DNA from: Candidatus Glassbacteria bacterium
GTDB lineage: Bacteria; Gemmatimonadota; Glassbacteria; GWA2-58-10
Direction: 5' to 3'
DNA: 24,367 nucleotides
Assembly: GCA_030604975.1 (NCBI GenBank)
Contig: JAUVUV010000001.1
Coordinates: 1 to 24,367 of the forward strand
The translations under genes and the position numbers were made by a program. The notes beneath the pieces were generated by a model that saw only the letters and a program-made list of their open reading frames with translations, ran no database searches and was not told the origin of the DNA. How positions within the stretch are numbered: the stretch's first letter is position 1; every line of letters starts with the position of its first letter. Positions 9,545-17,186 of this stretch are shown piece after piece.

Positions 9545-11569
9545 ATGGCCTCCTGGCAAAAACCACCTAGCCAAGACATTATCTCCCGAAGGGACTTCAT
9601 CGGCAGGACGGCAGGTGGAGCCTTTCTAGCCCAACTGGCCTGCTCCGGCAAGAAAAGCCTGCCGGAGGAGGCTGCCCAGCCCTCTATTATCCCTACAGGT
9701 TACGGTTACGAGAAATGGGATGAGATATTTCAAACGATCATGCGTGGTTTCGTGCGCAACGCCCTTCGTACCTCGGACACTTTCGCTGTCTGCGACTACC
9801 GCGAAGGCCTGATCCTGAAAAATTTCCTTTCGGCCAGCGGCAAGACCTGTGATTCGGTCACCCGGATCATGCCGGCAATCGCCGCCAGGATATTTTCTCC
9901 CGATGGCGCAAAGACTGTCACCGTGGACGGAAAAACCTGGCACCTGGAAGATATATTCGTCTCGGCGCTTAAAAACGCCACAGACCCGGCGAGCAAGGAT
10001 TTCTGGGAATATGTAACGCCCCGCGGCTGGGATCAGCGCCAGGTCGAGTCTTCTATTGTGGCGTTCAGCCTCTGGCTCGTGTCGGACAAGCTGATGGACA
10101 AATTCTCCTCGCAGGAGAGAAAAAACATCCAGAACTGGCTGGCAAGCTGCACGAGTTTCACTGATCACGGCAACAACTGGGAGCTTTTCACCGCGGTTAA
10201 CCATGCCGCTCGTCTGGCACTTTCAGCACGCTGGCCCGAGTTCGAAGGGGATGAAAAATCTTTTCGGGCGGACCTCGAAGTGATAGATAAAATGTACGCC
10301 GGCCACGGCTGGTACCACGACTCCCTGGAGGGCCACGAGTACGACTACTACAATTTCTGGGTTTTCGCCTCGCATACTCTTTACTGGGACATGATGGTCG
10401 GCGACAGATTCCCGGATTTGCGAAACAAGTACCGCCAGAGGGTAAAAAAATTCCTCGAAACCACTCCTTATTTTTTCGGTGCTAACGGGAGCCACATCTT
10501 GTTCGGCCGCTCGCTGATCTACAGATGGGGCACGCTGACCCCGCTCGTGCTGGCCTACCGCATGGGTCTCTGGCCTTATTCAGTCAGCCTGCTGCGGAGG
10601 ATCTGCAACAGCAACCTCGCCTTTCTCTGGGAGAGCGGAGCCTGGGACGCAGAAAACGAAAAGCTGCGGGAAACCCTTACCCCGCATTCGAGCCGAGCCG
10701 TTTGCGAAAGCTATATCAACAACGGCCATCCCTACTGGGGCATGCAGGCCTTTTTCACAGCCTCATTCGATAAGTACGACCCTTTCTGGCACGCCCCGGA
10801 GGAACCCCTGCCGGTAGAGGCAGGGGATTTCGCGAAAAAAATCGAATCTGCCGGTATCCTGTTACACGGATACAAAAAAAGCGGCCAGGTCCAGATGTGG
10901 CAGGCCCGCTGCTCCAAGCATCACCGCAACAAGTACTACAACTTCTCCTACTCCTCGCATTTCCCGTTCAACGTGGAGATAGTCCAGGAGCTTGTGCCAC
11001 CGGATAACATTCTCTCTTTCCAAACCGGCGATGGGGCGTACGGCAGAAGAGACACCCCTTACACAGGTGAAATAATCTCGGACCGCCAGCTTATCTGGCA
11101 GTGGAACACCTCGGTGGGCGAGTCGAAGATAGAAGTTGAAAGCACAGTGCTGATCGACGGCGAAATTCAGTGGCGGGCGCATCGGGTGAATATCACCGGC
11201 AGCCAGCAGTTGTCCGCGGCCGAGTCCACCTATGCCCTGGGGCTTAACCTGGAGGAAACCCCGGAGGTGCGCTCAGGCGGGGTCTGGGAGTACGGCAGGT
11301 CGCCAGCAACAGGGTACGCGGTGTTCATCCGGGCTATTTTCGGTTTCAACCAGCACGAGCCGCTGAGCGGATTCCAGGGCCGGGAGAACCTTAACAGCTT
11401 ACACCCCAGGGGCCTCCAGGCAAGTGTAACCTGCACCCTGATGCCCGGCGAACACGTGCTGATCGCGGCAGCCTACGCAAGTCCGAATCCTCTCTCTATT
11501 GACCAACTCCGGGCCCGGACAAACCAAATGCCGAAAGAGATAGCTGAGTTTGCCGGGATGGAGTTGTAG
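9545..11569 (+). CDS. DUF2264 domain-containing protein with twin-arginine signal (possible glycoside-active enzyme)
   Basis: Tat motif ISRRDFI. DUF2264-type motifs NNWELF, GWYHD, YDYYNFW and FGRSLIYRW, plus a beta-rich C-terminal region. Confidence 0.8.
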   Translation: MASWQKPPSQDIISRRDFIGRTAGGAFLAQLACSGKKSLPEEAAQPSIIPTGYGYEKWDEIFQTIMRGFVRNALRTSDTFAVCDYREGLILKNFLSASGKTCDSVTRIMPAIAARIFSPDGAKTVTVDGKTWHLEDIFVSALKNATDPASKDFWEYVTPRGWDQRQVESSIVAFSLWLVSDKLMDKFSSQERKNIQNWLASCTSFTDHGNNWELFTAVNHAARLALSARWPEFEGDEKSFRADLEVIDKMYAGHGWYHDSLEGHEYDYYNFWVFASHTLYWDMMVGDRFPDLRNKYRQRVKKFLETTPYFFGANGSHILFGRSLIYRWGTLTPLVLAYRMGLWPYSVSLLRRICNSNLAFLWESGAWDAENEKLRETLTPHSSRAVCESYINNGHPYWGMQAFFTASFDKYDPFWHAPEEPLPVEAGDFAKKIESAGILLHGYKKSGQVQMWQARCSKHHRNKYYNFSYSSHFPFNVEIVQELVPPDNILSFQTGDGAYGRRDTPYTGEIISDRQLIWQWNTSVGESKIEVESTVLIDGEIQWRAHRVNITGSQQLSAAESTYALGLNLEETPEVRSGGVWEYGRSPATGYAVFIRAIFGFNQHEPLSGFQGRENLNSLHPRGLQASVTCTLMPGEHVLIAAAYASPNPLSIDQLRARTNQMPKEIAEFAGMEL

Positions 11570-11702
11570 TATCTGGCCTCCTTCCCGGGAGTTTTAGCAA
11601 TATCTAGATTTTACTCCTGTGACCAGTATTTATTTCTTAAACTCTACCTCCCGGTAGCTGTGAAAAAATTTCAATCTTGGTTTCTTTTACCTTTTTTCCC
11701 AA

Positions 11703-11731
11703 TTGACTTTTTACCCATTCGGTGCAATAAT
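11703..11731 (+). promoter_or_regulatory. Putative promoter for the HD-like gene
   Basis: TTGACT, 17 nt, AATAAT with an extended -10 TG element (TGcAATAAT). Confidence 0.4.
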
Positions 11732-11828
11732 AACTCTACCGGACAGGAATTTTTTTATTAATTTATAAACTACATTCCGGCTTTTCCGGTCAATTTCTCT
11801 CTGTCTTAAAATCTGCGAGAAAAGCACG

Positions 11829-13343
11829 ATGAGTTTCGATGACATTTTCTCCGCTGCAGCCGAGACCATAGGACTGCATGGCCTGGATTCAATCCTCAAG
11901 TTCACCCACTTTCACCCGCTGAACACCACATCTTTCCGGGAAGGGCTGGAACTGGCCGAGGACCTTAAATCCGATTCGGGAACGATCCTCTATCCCAAGG
12001 GAACCGAGGTTACCCGGGAGCGGATCGAAAGGCTGCTCAAGTTCCGCGAATCTAACCCCGATATGGACTTCAACCTCATGATCAAGCGCAACGAGAAACT
12101 GACCCAGAAGTTCCGCGAAGAGATCAAGGAACGGATGGACCACCTTCTCACTCAACGTAAAAAATCGAAAGTAACCAGTGACTTGATGAAAAACATTGAT
12201 AACTCCTTTAATACGATAATCGGCAAGATGCTCGACGAACAGAATATCACCCTCGCACTGTATAAGATGCGTTTTTCCTGCGAACTTGCAAAAACGAAGC
12301 TGGCGTCTCGCTATGCCGACTATGCAATGGAAGTAGCCATCTTTTCGCTGGCCCTCGCCACCTCAGAGAAATACGAGCCGATCCTTGGTGGCAACGAGGA
12401 CAAGCTGTACCAGGTCGTCACAGCCGGGCTGTTCCACAACTACGGGGCTGTTTTCGAGATCGATAAAATCCACGAACTTCCTGCCAATAAAAGACCGGAG
12501 ATGTACTGGGAAGAAATCCGCCGGGGGATCGATAATCTCTCTGATCTGGAGCTGGGCGCAGAAATCCTGACTGCCATTAAAAGCCTGTGCGATTACCAGA
12601 AAGGTGAGCGGGGTTTTGTCGCCGAAGACAAATCAGCCGCTCTGCCAAACGTCCTTGTCGTGGTGGATACCTTCCTTCAGAAAGAGACCGGGCTGTTCGG
12701 AGATCCGTTCGAGGCCAAACATGTGGTGGACAAGATGAATATCCAGGCCAAGGAAAAACAACTCAACGAGCTGGCGGTGCAGGCCCTGACCCTGGGATTG
12801 AACCTCTCCGATATCTTCGATTTTTACGCCGAGCTGGACCGGCTGGTCAAGGAATGTCCCTATGAATCGGCAGTATCTTACCCGCTGACCCACTTATACA
12901 GCCCGACTATTTTTATCTGTAAAAGGAAGGTGACCAAGTGTCTTTACCTCGAGCTCGCGGTTAACACTGTTAACCTCGTCCAGCGCCTGGGCGAACTTTC
13001 CCCTGGTGAATACCACCGCTGCAAGCTATTGACACCGAATGTGTCAGCCTTCTATGAGAAACACTATGTAGAAATCAAGGTATCTACTGCCGATAAAGCC
13101 AAGGCCGAAGGGGGATTGAAAGAAGCGACACCTGAAAATGGTGGGACACCAGAAGCGTCTGTTAAAAAAGAAGAAGCTATGCAGGAGGAGAAAAAAGAAG
13201 AAGCTGTGCAAGAGGAGAAAAAGGAAGAAGCTGTGCAAGAGGAGAAAAAGGAAGAAGCTGTACAGGAGGAGAAAAAAGAAGAAGCTGTGCAAGAGGAGAA
13301 AAAGGAAGAGGCAAAGTCAGAGGATAAACCCGCGAATTCCTGA
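11829..13343 (+). CDS. Hypothetical protein with a degenerate HD-GYP-like fold, Cys-containing C-terminal domain and charged repeat tail
   Basis: The N-terminal LAEDLKSDSGTILYPKGTEVTRERIERL resembles the module that precedes many HD-GYP domains. TAGLFHNYG aligns by eye with AGLLHDIG, and VLVVVDTF with IxAVADxF. No GYP or HHE motif is present. Confidence 0.85.
   Translation: MSFDDIFSAAAETIGLHGLDSILKFTHFHPLNTTSFREGLELAEDLKSDSGTILYPKGTEVTRERIERLLKFRESNPDMDFNLMIKRNEKLTQKFREEIKERMDHLLTQRKKSKVTSDLMKNIDNSFNTIIGKMLDEQNITLALYKMRFSCELAKTKLASRYADYAMEVAIFSLALATSEKYEPILGGNEDKLYQVVTAGLFHNYGAVFEIDKIHELPANKRPEMYWEEIRRGIDNLSDLELGAEILTAIKSLCDYQKGERGFVAEDKSAALPNVLVVVDTFLQKETGLFGDPFEAKHVVDKMNIQAKEKQLNELAVQALTLGLNLSDIFDFYAELDRLVKECPYESAVSYPLTHLYSPTIFICKRKVTKCLYLELAVNTVNLVQRLGELSPGEYHRCKLLTPNVSAFYEKHYVEIKVSTADKAKAEGGLKEATPENGGTPEASVKKEEAMQEEKKEEAVQEEKKEEAVQEEKKEEAVQEEKKEEAVQEEKKEEAKSEDKPANS
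13164..13313 (+). repeat. In-frame 27-bp tandem repeat, 5 full copies plus a partial copy, encoding KKEEA(M/V)QEE
   Basis: Units start at 13164, 13191, 13218, 13245 and 13272, with a partial unit at 13299-13313. Differences are almost all synonymous (AAA/AAG, CAA/CAG, GTG/GTA), plus ATG in unit 1. Confidence 0.97.
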
Positions 13344-13389
13344 TTTCTTAACCGGTCCAGAAAAGAATTTTTCAATTAAACGCATACGT

Positions 13390-13419
13390 GGCCGAGGTAT
13401 TATGACCCCGGCCTTTTTT
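13390..13419 (+). terminator. Rho-independent terminator
   Basis: GGCCGAGGT, loop ATTATG, ACCCCGGCC (one mismatch), followed by TTTTTT. It lies 46 nt after the stop of the HD-like gene. Confidence 0.75.
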
Positions 13420-13432
13420 ATTGAAATCTCTT

Positions 13433-13861
13433 CTATACATCCAGAACCACTGTTGCCCTCAGGATTCCTTCGGGTTCGAGCCGCTCTATTTTCAGCCGGT
13501 GCCAGGTGACAGCCTTGACCTCCCCGGCGATCTCGTGACTGGCCTCATCGGCTTTCTCCCCCCGGGCAACCGCGGCCAGAGAGTTCTGCGTTAGCGATTC
13601 GAAAGCGGTCGTTGCGCATAACCAGCCCTCTGAGGTGTAGAGGTAGAGCAGTTCGGTCATCCAGCTCCGCAAAAGCTCCTCCGGGGATTCCTCCTCCAGC
13701 TCGATCTTCCTTTCCTCAGCCGGCTTTATTCGCCTCGGGTCAGTCAACTGCGCCATCAGCGCCTCTGCCGCAGAAGCAAAAAGTTCTTGCAGGTCTCTGC
13801 CGTAAATGTGAAGCCCGATATCTGCGGTATGCTCGAATAACTCGTATTTTTTTGACTTCAT
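13433..13861 (-). CDS. Archease (RtcB activator family)
   Basis: YELFEHTADIG, LFASAAEALM, EVKAVTWH and a C-terminal VLDV; 142 aa. Confidence 0.93.
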   Translation of the reverse strand: MKSKKYELFEHTADIGLHIYGRDLQELFASAAEALMAQLTDPRRIKPAEERKIELEEESPEELLRSWMTELLYLYTSEGWLCATTAFESLTQNSLAAVARGEKADEASHEIAGEVKAVTWHRLKIERLEPEGILRATVVLDV

Positions 13862-13942
13862 CCCTGCCAGCTTTCCTCAAAAAAGTTGTTTTCCCTAACA
13901 AAATCAGCCGCTCCACCGGTGCGAACCGTCAATGGAGCTTCC

Positions 13943-13968
13943 TTGACAGAAAAATCTTTTCTTGTCAA
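13943..13968. promoter_or_regulatory. Imperfect palindrome in the archease/dtd divergent spacer
   Basis: TTGACA-GAAAA-ATC-TTTTC-T-TGTCAA, i.e. two opposed TTGACA hexamers. Confidence 0.35.
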
Positions 13969-14031
13969 ATTGATGCAATATTTCATGGTCGCTTCTTAAC
14001 AAACTTATACCGCAGGAAAGGGAGAAACAAG

Positions 14032-14469
14032 ATGCGCGTTGTAGTTCAGCGGGTCAGTCGGGCATCGGTTACAATTAACAGTGAGGTTGTTGGGTCAATC
14101 GGCACCGGGCTGCTGCTGTTGGTGGCAATGCATGGGGAAGAAACCGCGGAGGATGTTGCCTGGATGGCCAACCGCTGCGTAGGCCTGAGAGTTTTTCAGG
14201 ATCCGGAAGGCAAGATGAACCTCTCGCTCAAGGATGTGGGCGGTTCGCTTCTGGTGGTCAGCCAGTTCACCCTTTACGGCGACTGCAGCAAGGGCAGACG
14301 GCCGTCATTTATCAGGGCTGGTGATCCGGAAATAAGCGAAAAACTGATCGACCGGTTTGTTGAACTGCTGCGCGCGGAGGACGTGAAGGTCGCCACCGGG
14401 CGTTTCGGCGCAATGATGAAAGTTGAACTAGCCAATGAAGGCCCGGTTACCCTGATAATCGAACGGTGA
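14032..14469 (+). CDS. dtd: D-aminoacyl-tRNA deacylase
   Basis: MRVVVQRVSRASV, SQFTL, GRRPSF and the Gly-Pro motif NEGPVT. A purine-rich RBS precedes ATG 14032. The 13612 start in the ORF track is spurious. Confidence 0.97.
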   Translation: MRVVVQRVSRASVTINSEVVGSIGTGLLLLVAMHGEETAEDVAWMANRCVGLRVFQDPEGKMNLSLKDVGGSLLVVSQFTLYGDCSKGRRPSFIRAGDPEISEKLIDRFVELLRAEDVKVATGRFGAMMKVELANEGPVTLIIER

Positions 14470-15128
14470 CCTGGCTGGAAACCGTTAAAATGGTCAAAGA
14501 TACTCTGGGCATCAAAAACCGACACCCGCATTTCATCCTGGCCAGCGCCTCCCCCCGCCGGACCAACCTTCTGACCCAGATCGGGGTCGTACATGAGGTA
14601 ATCCCGGCCGAGGTGGACGAGATCTCGAATGTTCCTGCCGAACCAGGTGCGCATGTTAAAGTGCTCGCTGAGCGCAAGGCTCTCTGGGTGGCCTCACGCC
14701 GCCAGGAGGCACTGGTCCTGGGTGCGGATACCGTTGTTTATCAGGAGAATGAGATTCTCGGTAAACCCTCGAACTTCGACGACGCCTGCCGGATGGTTGA
14801 ACGCCTGGCAGGAAATGAACACCAGGTCTTTACCGGGATCGCTCTCGCCGGGCCGGCCAGCCGCGAGGTGGAAAGCTCTTTCGAGGTAACCCGGGTGCGC
14901 TTCCGGCCCCTGTATAAAAAACACATCAAGCTCTATGTCTCCACCGGGGAACCTTTCGACAAGGCCGGCGCCTACGGGATCCAGGGCTTTGGAGCGACCC
15001 TGGTGGAGAGTGTCGAGGGCTGCTATTTCAACGTAATGGGATTGCCCTTGACACGGCTGTTAAGAATGCTCGCCGCCCGCGGGTACGACTATCCGTTCGG
15101 TCCCCTTGTTCAGTCTTCAAAAAAATAA
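14466..15128 (+). CDS. maf: Maf family nucleoside-triphosphate pyrophosphatase (YhdE-like)
   Basis: ILASASPRR, GADTVV, DKAGAYGIQG and NVMGLP. The GTG start overlaps the dtd stop (GTGA). Confidence 0.95.
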   Translation: MTWLETVKMVKDTLGIKNRHPHFILASASPRRTNLLTQIGVVHEVIPAEVDEISNVPAEPGAHVKVLAERKALWVASRRQEALVLGADTVVYQENEILGKPSNFDDACRMVERLAGNEHQVFTGIALAGPASREVESSFEVTRVRFRPLYKKHIKLYVSTGEPFDKAGAYGIQGFGATLVESVEGCYFNVMGLPLTRLLRMLAARGYDYPFGPLVQSSKK

Positions 15129-15184
15129 CCACATGCCTGTATCTGATAGCATCTCTGAGCTTTTGTCTTGCGCTGTGGAATATT

Positions 15185-15380
15185 GAAGAGATAAAAAATT
15201 TCTGCAAAGTTAACTGTAACGAGAGCTTTCCGCTGTTTTCCAAAATTTCGGTCAAGGGTGATGACATTCACCCGTTGTATGAGTATCTTACTTCCGAGGA
15301 TACCAATCCAGGGTTTGCTGGTGAAATACCCTGAAATTTCACCAGGTCTCTGGTTAACCGGCAGGAGTTTGATTGCCAGG
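15185..15380 (+). pseudogene. Glutathione peroxidase family gene remnant (C-terminal half)
   Basis: The frame from 15185 reads EEIKNFCKVNCNESFPLFSKISVKGDDIHPLYEYLTSEDTNPGFAGEIP*NFTRSLVNRQ, matching the GPx consensus EEIKxFCxxNYGVTFPxFSKIxVKGxxxHPLYxYL...IxWNFTKFLVDRxG. TGA at 15332-15334 replaces the Trp. LIAR follows in a shifted frame at 15369-15380. Confidence 0.85.
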
Positions 15381-17064
15381 CACACAGGCTTCCAGCCCGA
15401 ATTTAGCGGATAGCAAGCCATCCGGCACGCCTATCAGGCTCTGCGTACTGGTAGCGGTGGTGTATTTACTGATCACCCTGCCCTTTCTGGGACGTCCGCC
15501 GCTGTTCGACCCGGACGAGGGCTACTATCCGGAAACCGCCCGCGAGATGCTCGAGCGCGGCAACCTGCTCGACCCGATATTCAACGGCCAGCCGCGCTGG
15601 GGCAAGCCAGTTGCATTTTATCTGGCCGAGACTGTCTCTTTCAAGGTGTTCGGCATGGATGAATGGGCGGCAAGGCTGCCGAGCGTTCTCGCCGGCCTTG
15701 GATTTGTCCTGCTGACCCTCTCCGCCGGCGCCCGGCTCTTCAATGTCCGGGCCGGTTTTTACGCAGGCCTGCTTACCGCCGTGTCTTTGCAGCCGGTGGT
15801 TTACTCGCGCACTGCGGTTCCAGACATGCTGCTTAGCGTTTTCGTAACTCTGTCGCTTTACGCTTTCCTTCGCTCCCGGGTGATTGGCAGGCAAACAGCT
15901 TCTGATAATACAAGGTGGTGGCTTCTGCTTGCCTATGCCTCAGCCGGCCTCGCTTTTCTTACCAAGGGCCCCCTGGGTCTGATTCTTCCCGGCTTGACAA
16001 TCTTTGCCTACCTCCTTTTTTCTGGAAACGCGAAAGGTCTTCTCGAGCTAAAACCCCTGACTGGAATCCTGGTGTTCCTTCTGGTCGCTGCTCCCTGGTT
16101 TATTTACATGTACTCTCTTCACGGGGTACCTTTCCTGAACGAACACTTTATCCAGCGGAATGTCAACCGTTATTTCACCACTAAATGGCAGCACTCGGGC
16201 TCGGTTCTTTATTATGCACCAGTGCTTATCGCCGGGGTTTTTCCCTGGACAGTGGCTTTTCTGGGGGGTCTGGGCTCCATTTTGCACCAGGCATTTGGGA
16301 AAGCGCGGAGGCTGGGAAACAAGACATTTCGCAATGAGGATATTTTCGTTTTCTGCTGGTTCGGCGTGATGTTTATTTTTTTCAGTTTCAGCCATTCCAA
16401 GTTGCCGAATTATGTACTGCCGCTATATCCGGCGATGATACTCCTTGCTGCACGCTTTATCCTGGAACTCGAAAATCGCCCATCGAGCAAGCTTGCCCAT
16501 GCCCTTGTCTGGATTACCGCTGGCTTAACTGCCGCGCTGGCCCTCGCAGGAGGTTCCGTTCTGGCAGGCAAGCTGAAAGAGGATTTCGCAACCATTCTTT
16601 TCTGGCTTTCGCCTTTGGTAATAATAATGGCGGCGGCACCTGTTTTTCTATTCACGAAGAGGCTTACCCACTGGGTGGGAGTCTCCGCTGCCGGGATGGT
16701 GGTGTTCATGGCTGTCATAACCGGGCTTGCGATCCCTGAAATAGACCGGCTGCAGGCGGTTAAAACCTTGAGCCTCGAACACCGGCACCGTTTTGAAGAT
16801 ACCCCGCGCCTGGCGGTCTGGCGGGTCTGGCAGCCCTCCTTTCTGTTCTACACAGGTAAACAGGTTCTGCGTTTCAACCCTGATCTCGACAACTGGGAAA
16901 AGCCCCGAGCCGAGGGAATACGCTGGGTGCTGACCCGCGAGTCTGCACTCGGAGAGATAGAGAAACTCACCGGAGCGCTGCCTGAGGAAGCTTACCGAAT
17001 GGGAAACAGGGTACTGCTCCGGATTGCGGCAAACAACGCCTCTCAGGACGAAAGTGGCTATTAA
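15373..17064 (+). CDS. ArnT/GT39-like (undecaprenyl-phosphate-sugar dependent) membrane glycosyltransferase
   Basis: FDPDEGYYPETAREM, KPVAFY, ARLPSVL, LTKGPLG, PWF and SKLPNYVLPLYP, with many TM helices. TTG start has AGGAG 5 nt upstream; the exact start is uncertain. Confidence 0.9.
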   Translation: MPGTQASSPNLADSKPSGTPIRLCVLVAVVYLLITLPFLGRPPLFDPDEGYYPETAREMLERGNLLDPIFNGQPRWGKPVAFYLAETVSFKVFGMDEWAARLPSVLAGLGFVLLTLSAGARLFNVRAGFYAGLLTAVSLQPVVYSRTAVPDMLLSVFVTLSLYAFLRSRVIGRQTASDNTRWWLLLAYASAGLAFLTKGPLGLILPGLTIFAYLLFSGNAKGLLELKPLTGILVFLLVAAPWFIYMYSLHGVPFLNEHFIQRNVNRYFTTKWQHSGSVLYYAPVLIAGVFPWTVAFLGGLGSILHQAFGKARRLGNKTFRNEDIFVFCWFGVMFIFFSFSHSKLPNYVLPLYPAMILLAARFILELENRPSSKLAHALVWITAGLTAALALAGGSVLAGKLKEDFATILFWLSPLVIIMAAAPVFLFTKRLTHWVGVSAAGMVVFMAVITGLAIPEIDRLQAVKTLSLEHRHRFEDTPRLAVWRVWQPSFLFYTGKQVLRFNPDLDNWEKPRAEGIRWVLTRESALGEIEKLTGALPEEAYRMGNRVLLRIAANNASQDESGY

Positions 17065-17067
17065 ATA

Positions 17068-17096
17068 TTGACTTATCGGATAATTATTTCCATATT
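17068..17096 (+). promoter_or_regulatory. Putative promoter for the S41 protease gene
   Basis: TTGACT, 17 nt, CATATT. Confidence 0.4.
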
Positions 17097-17186
17097 TAAA
17101 ATCTCTTGCTCAATTAAAGGGATGAGTTAAGGGAAGGGGCAAGGTTTTTCGAAACGATCCGGGAATCCCATGGCGAAAGGTCTAAT

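Noticed and set aside
11570-11828. c-di-GMP riboswitch or sRNA upstream of the HD-like gene
   Set aside because: No GEMM-type GGCAAA/GAAA two-hairpin pattern is visible; only AT-rich promoter-like sequence.
13164-13313. CRISPR-like repeat array
   Set aside because: Units are contiguous with no spacers, are in-frame within a CDS, and there are no cas genes.
13612-14031. N-terminal extension of dtd in the ORF track
   Set aside because: It overlaps archease on the opposite strand. The Dtd family starts at MRxVxQRV (14032), which has a good RBS.
15332-15334. Selenocysteine codon in the GPx fragment
   Set aside because: The TGA aligns with the Trp of WNF, not the peroxidatic Cys/Sec. That region is deleted and the fragment is otherwise degraded.
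15110-15421. 103-aa minus-strand ORF in the maf-ArnT spacer
   Set aside because: It is the antisense shadow of the GPx remnant and has no independent support.
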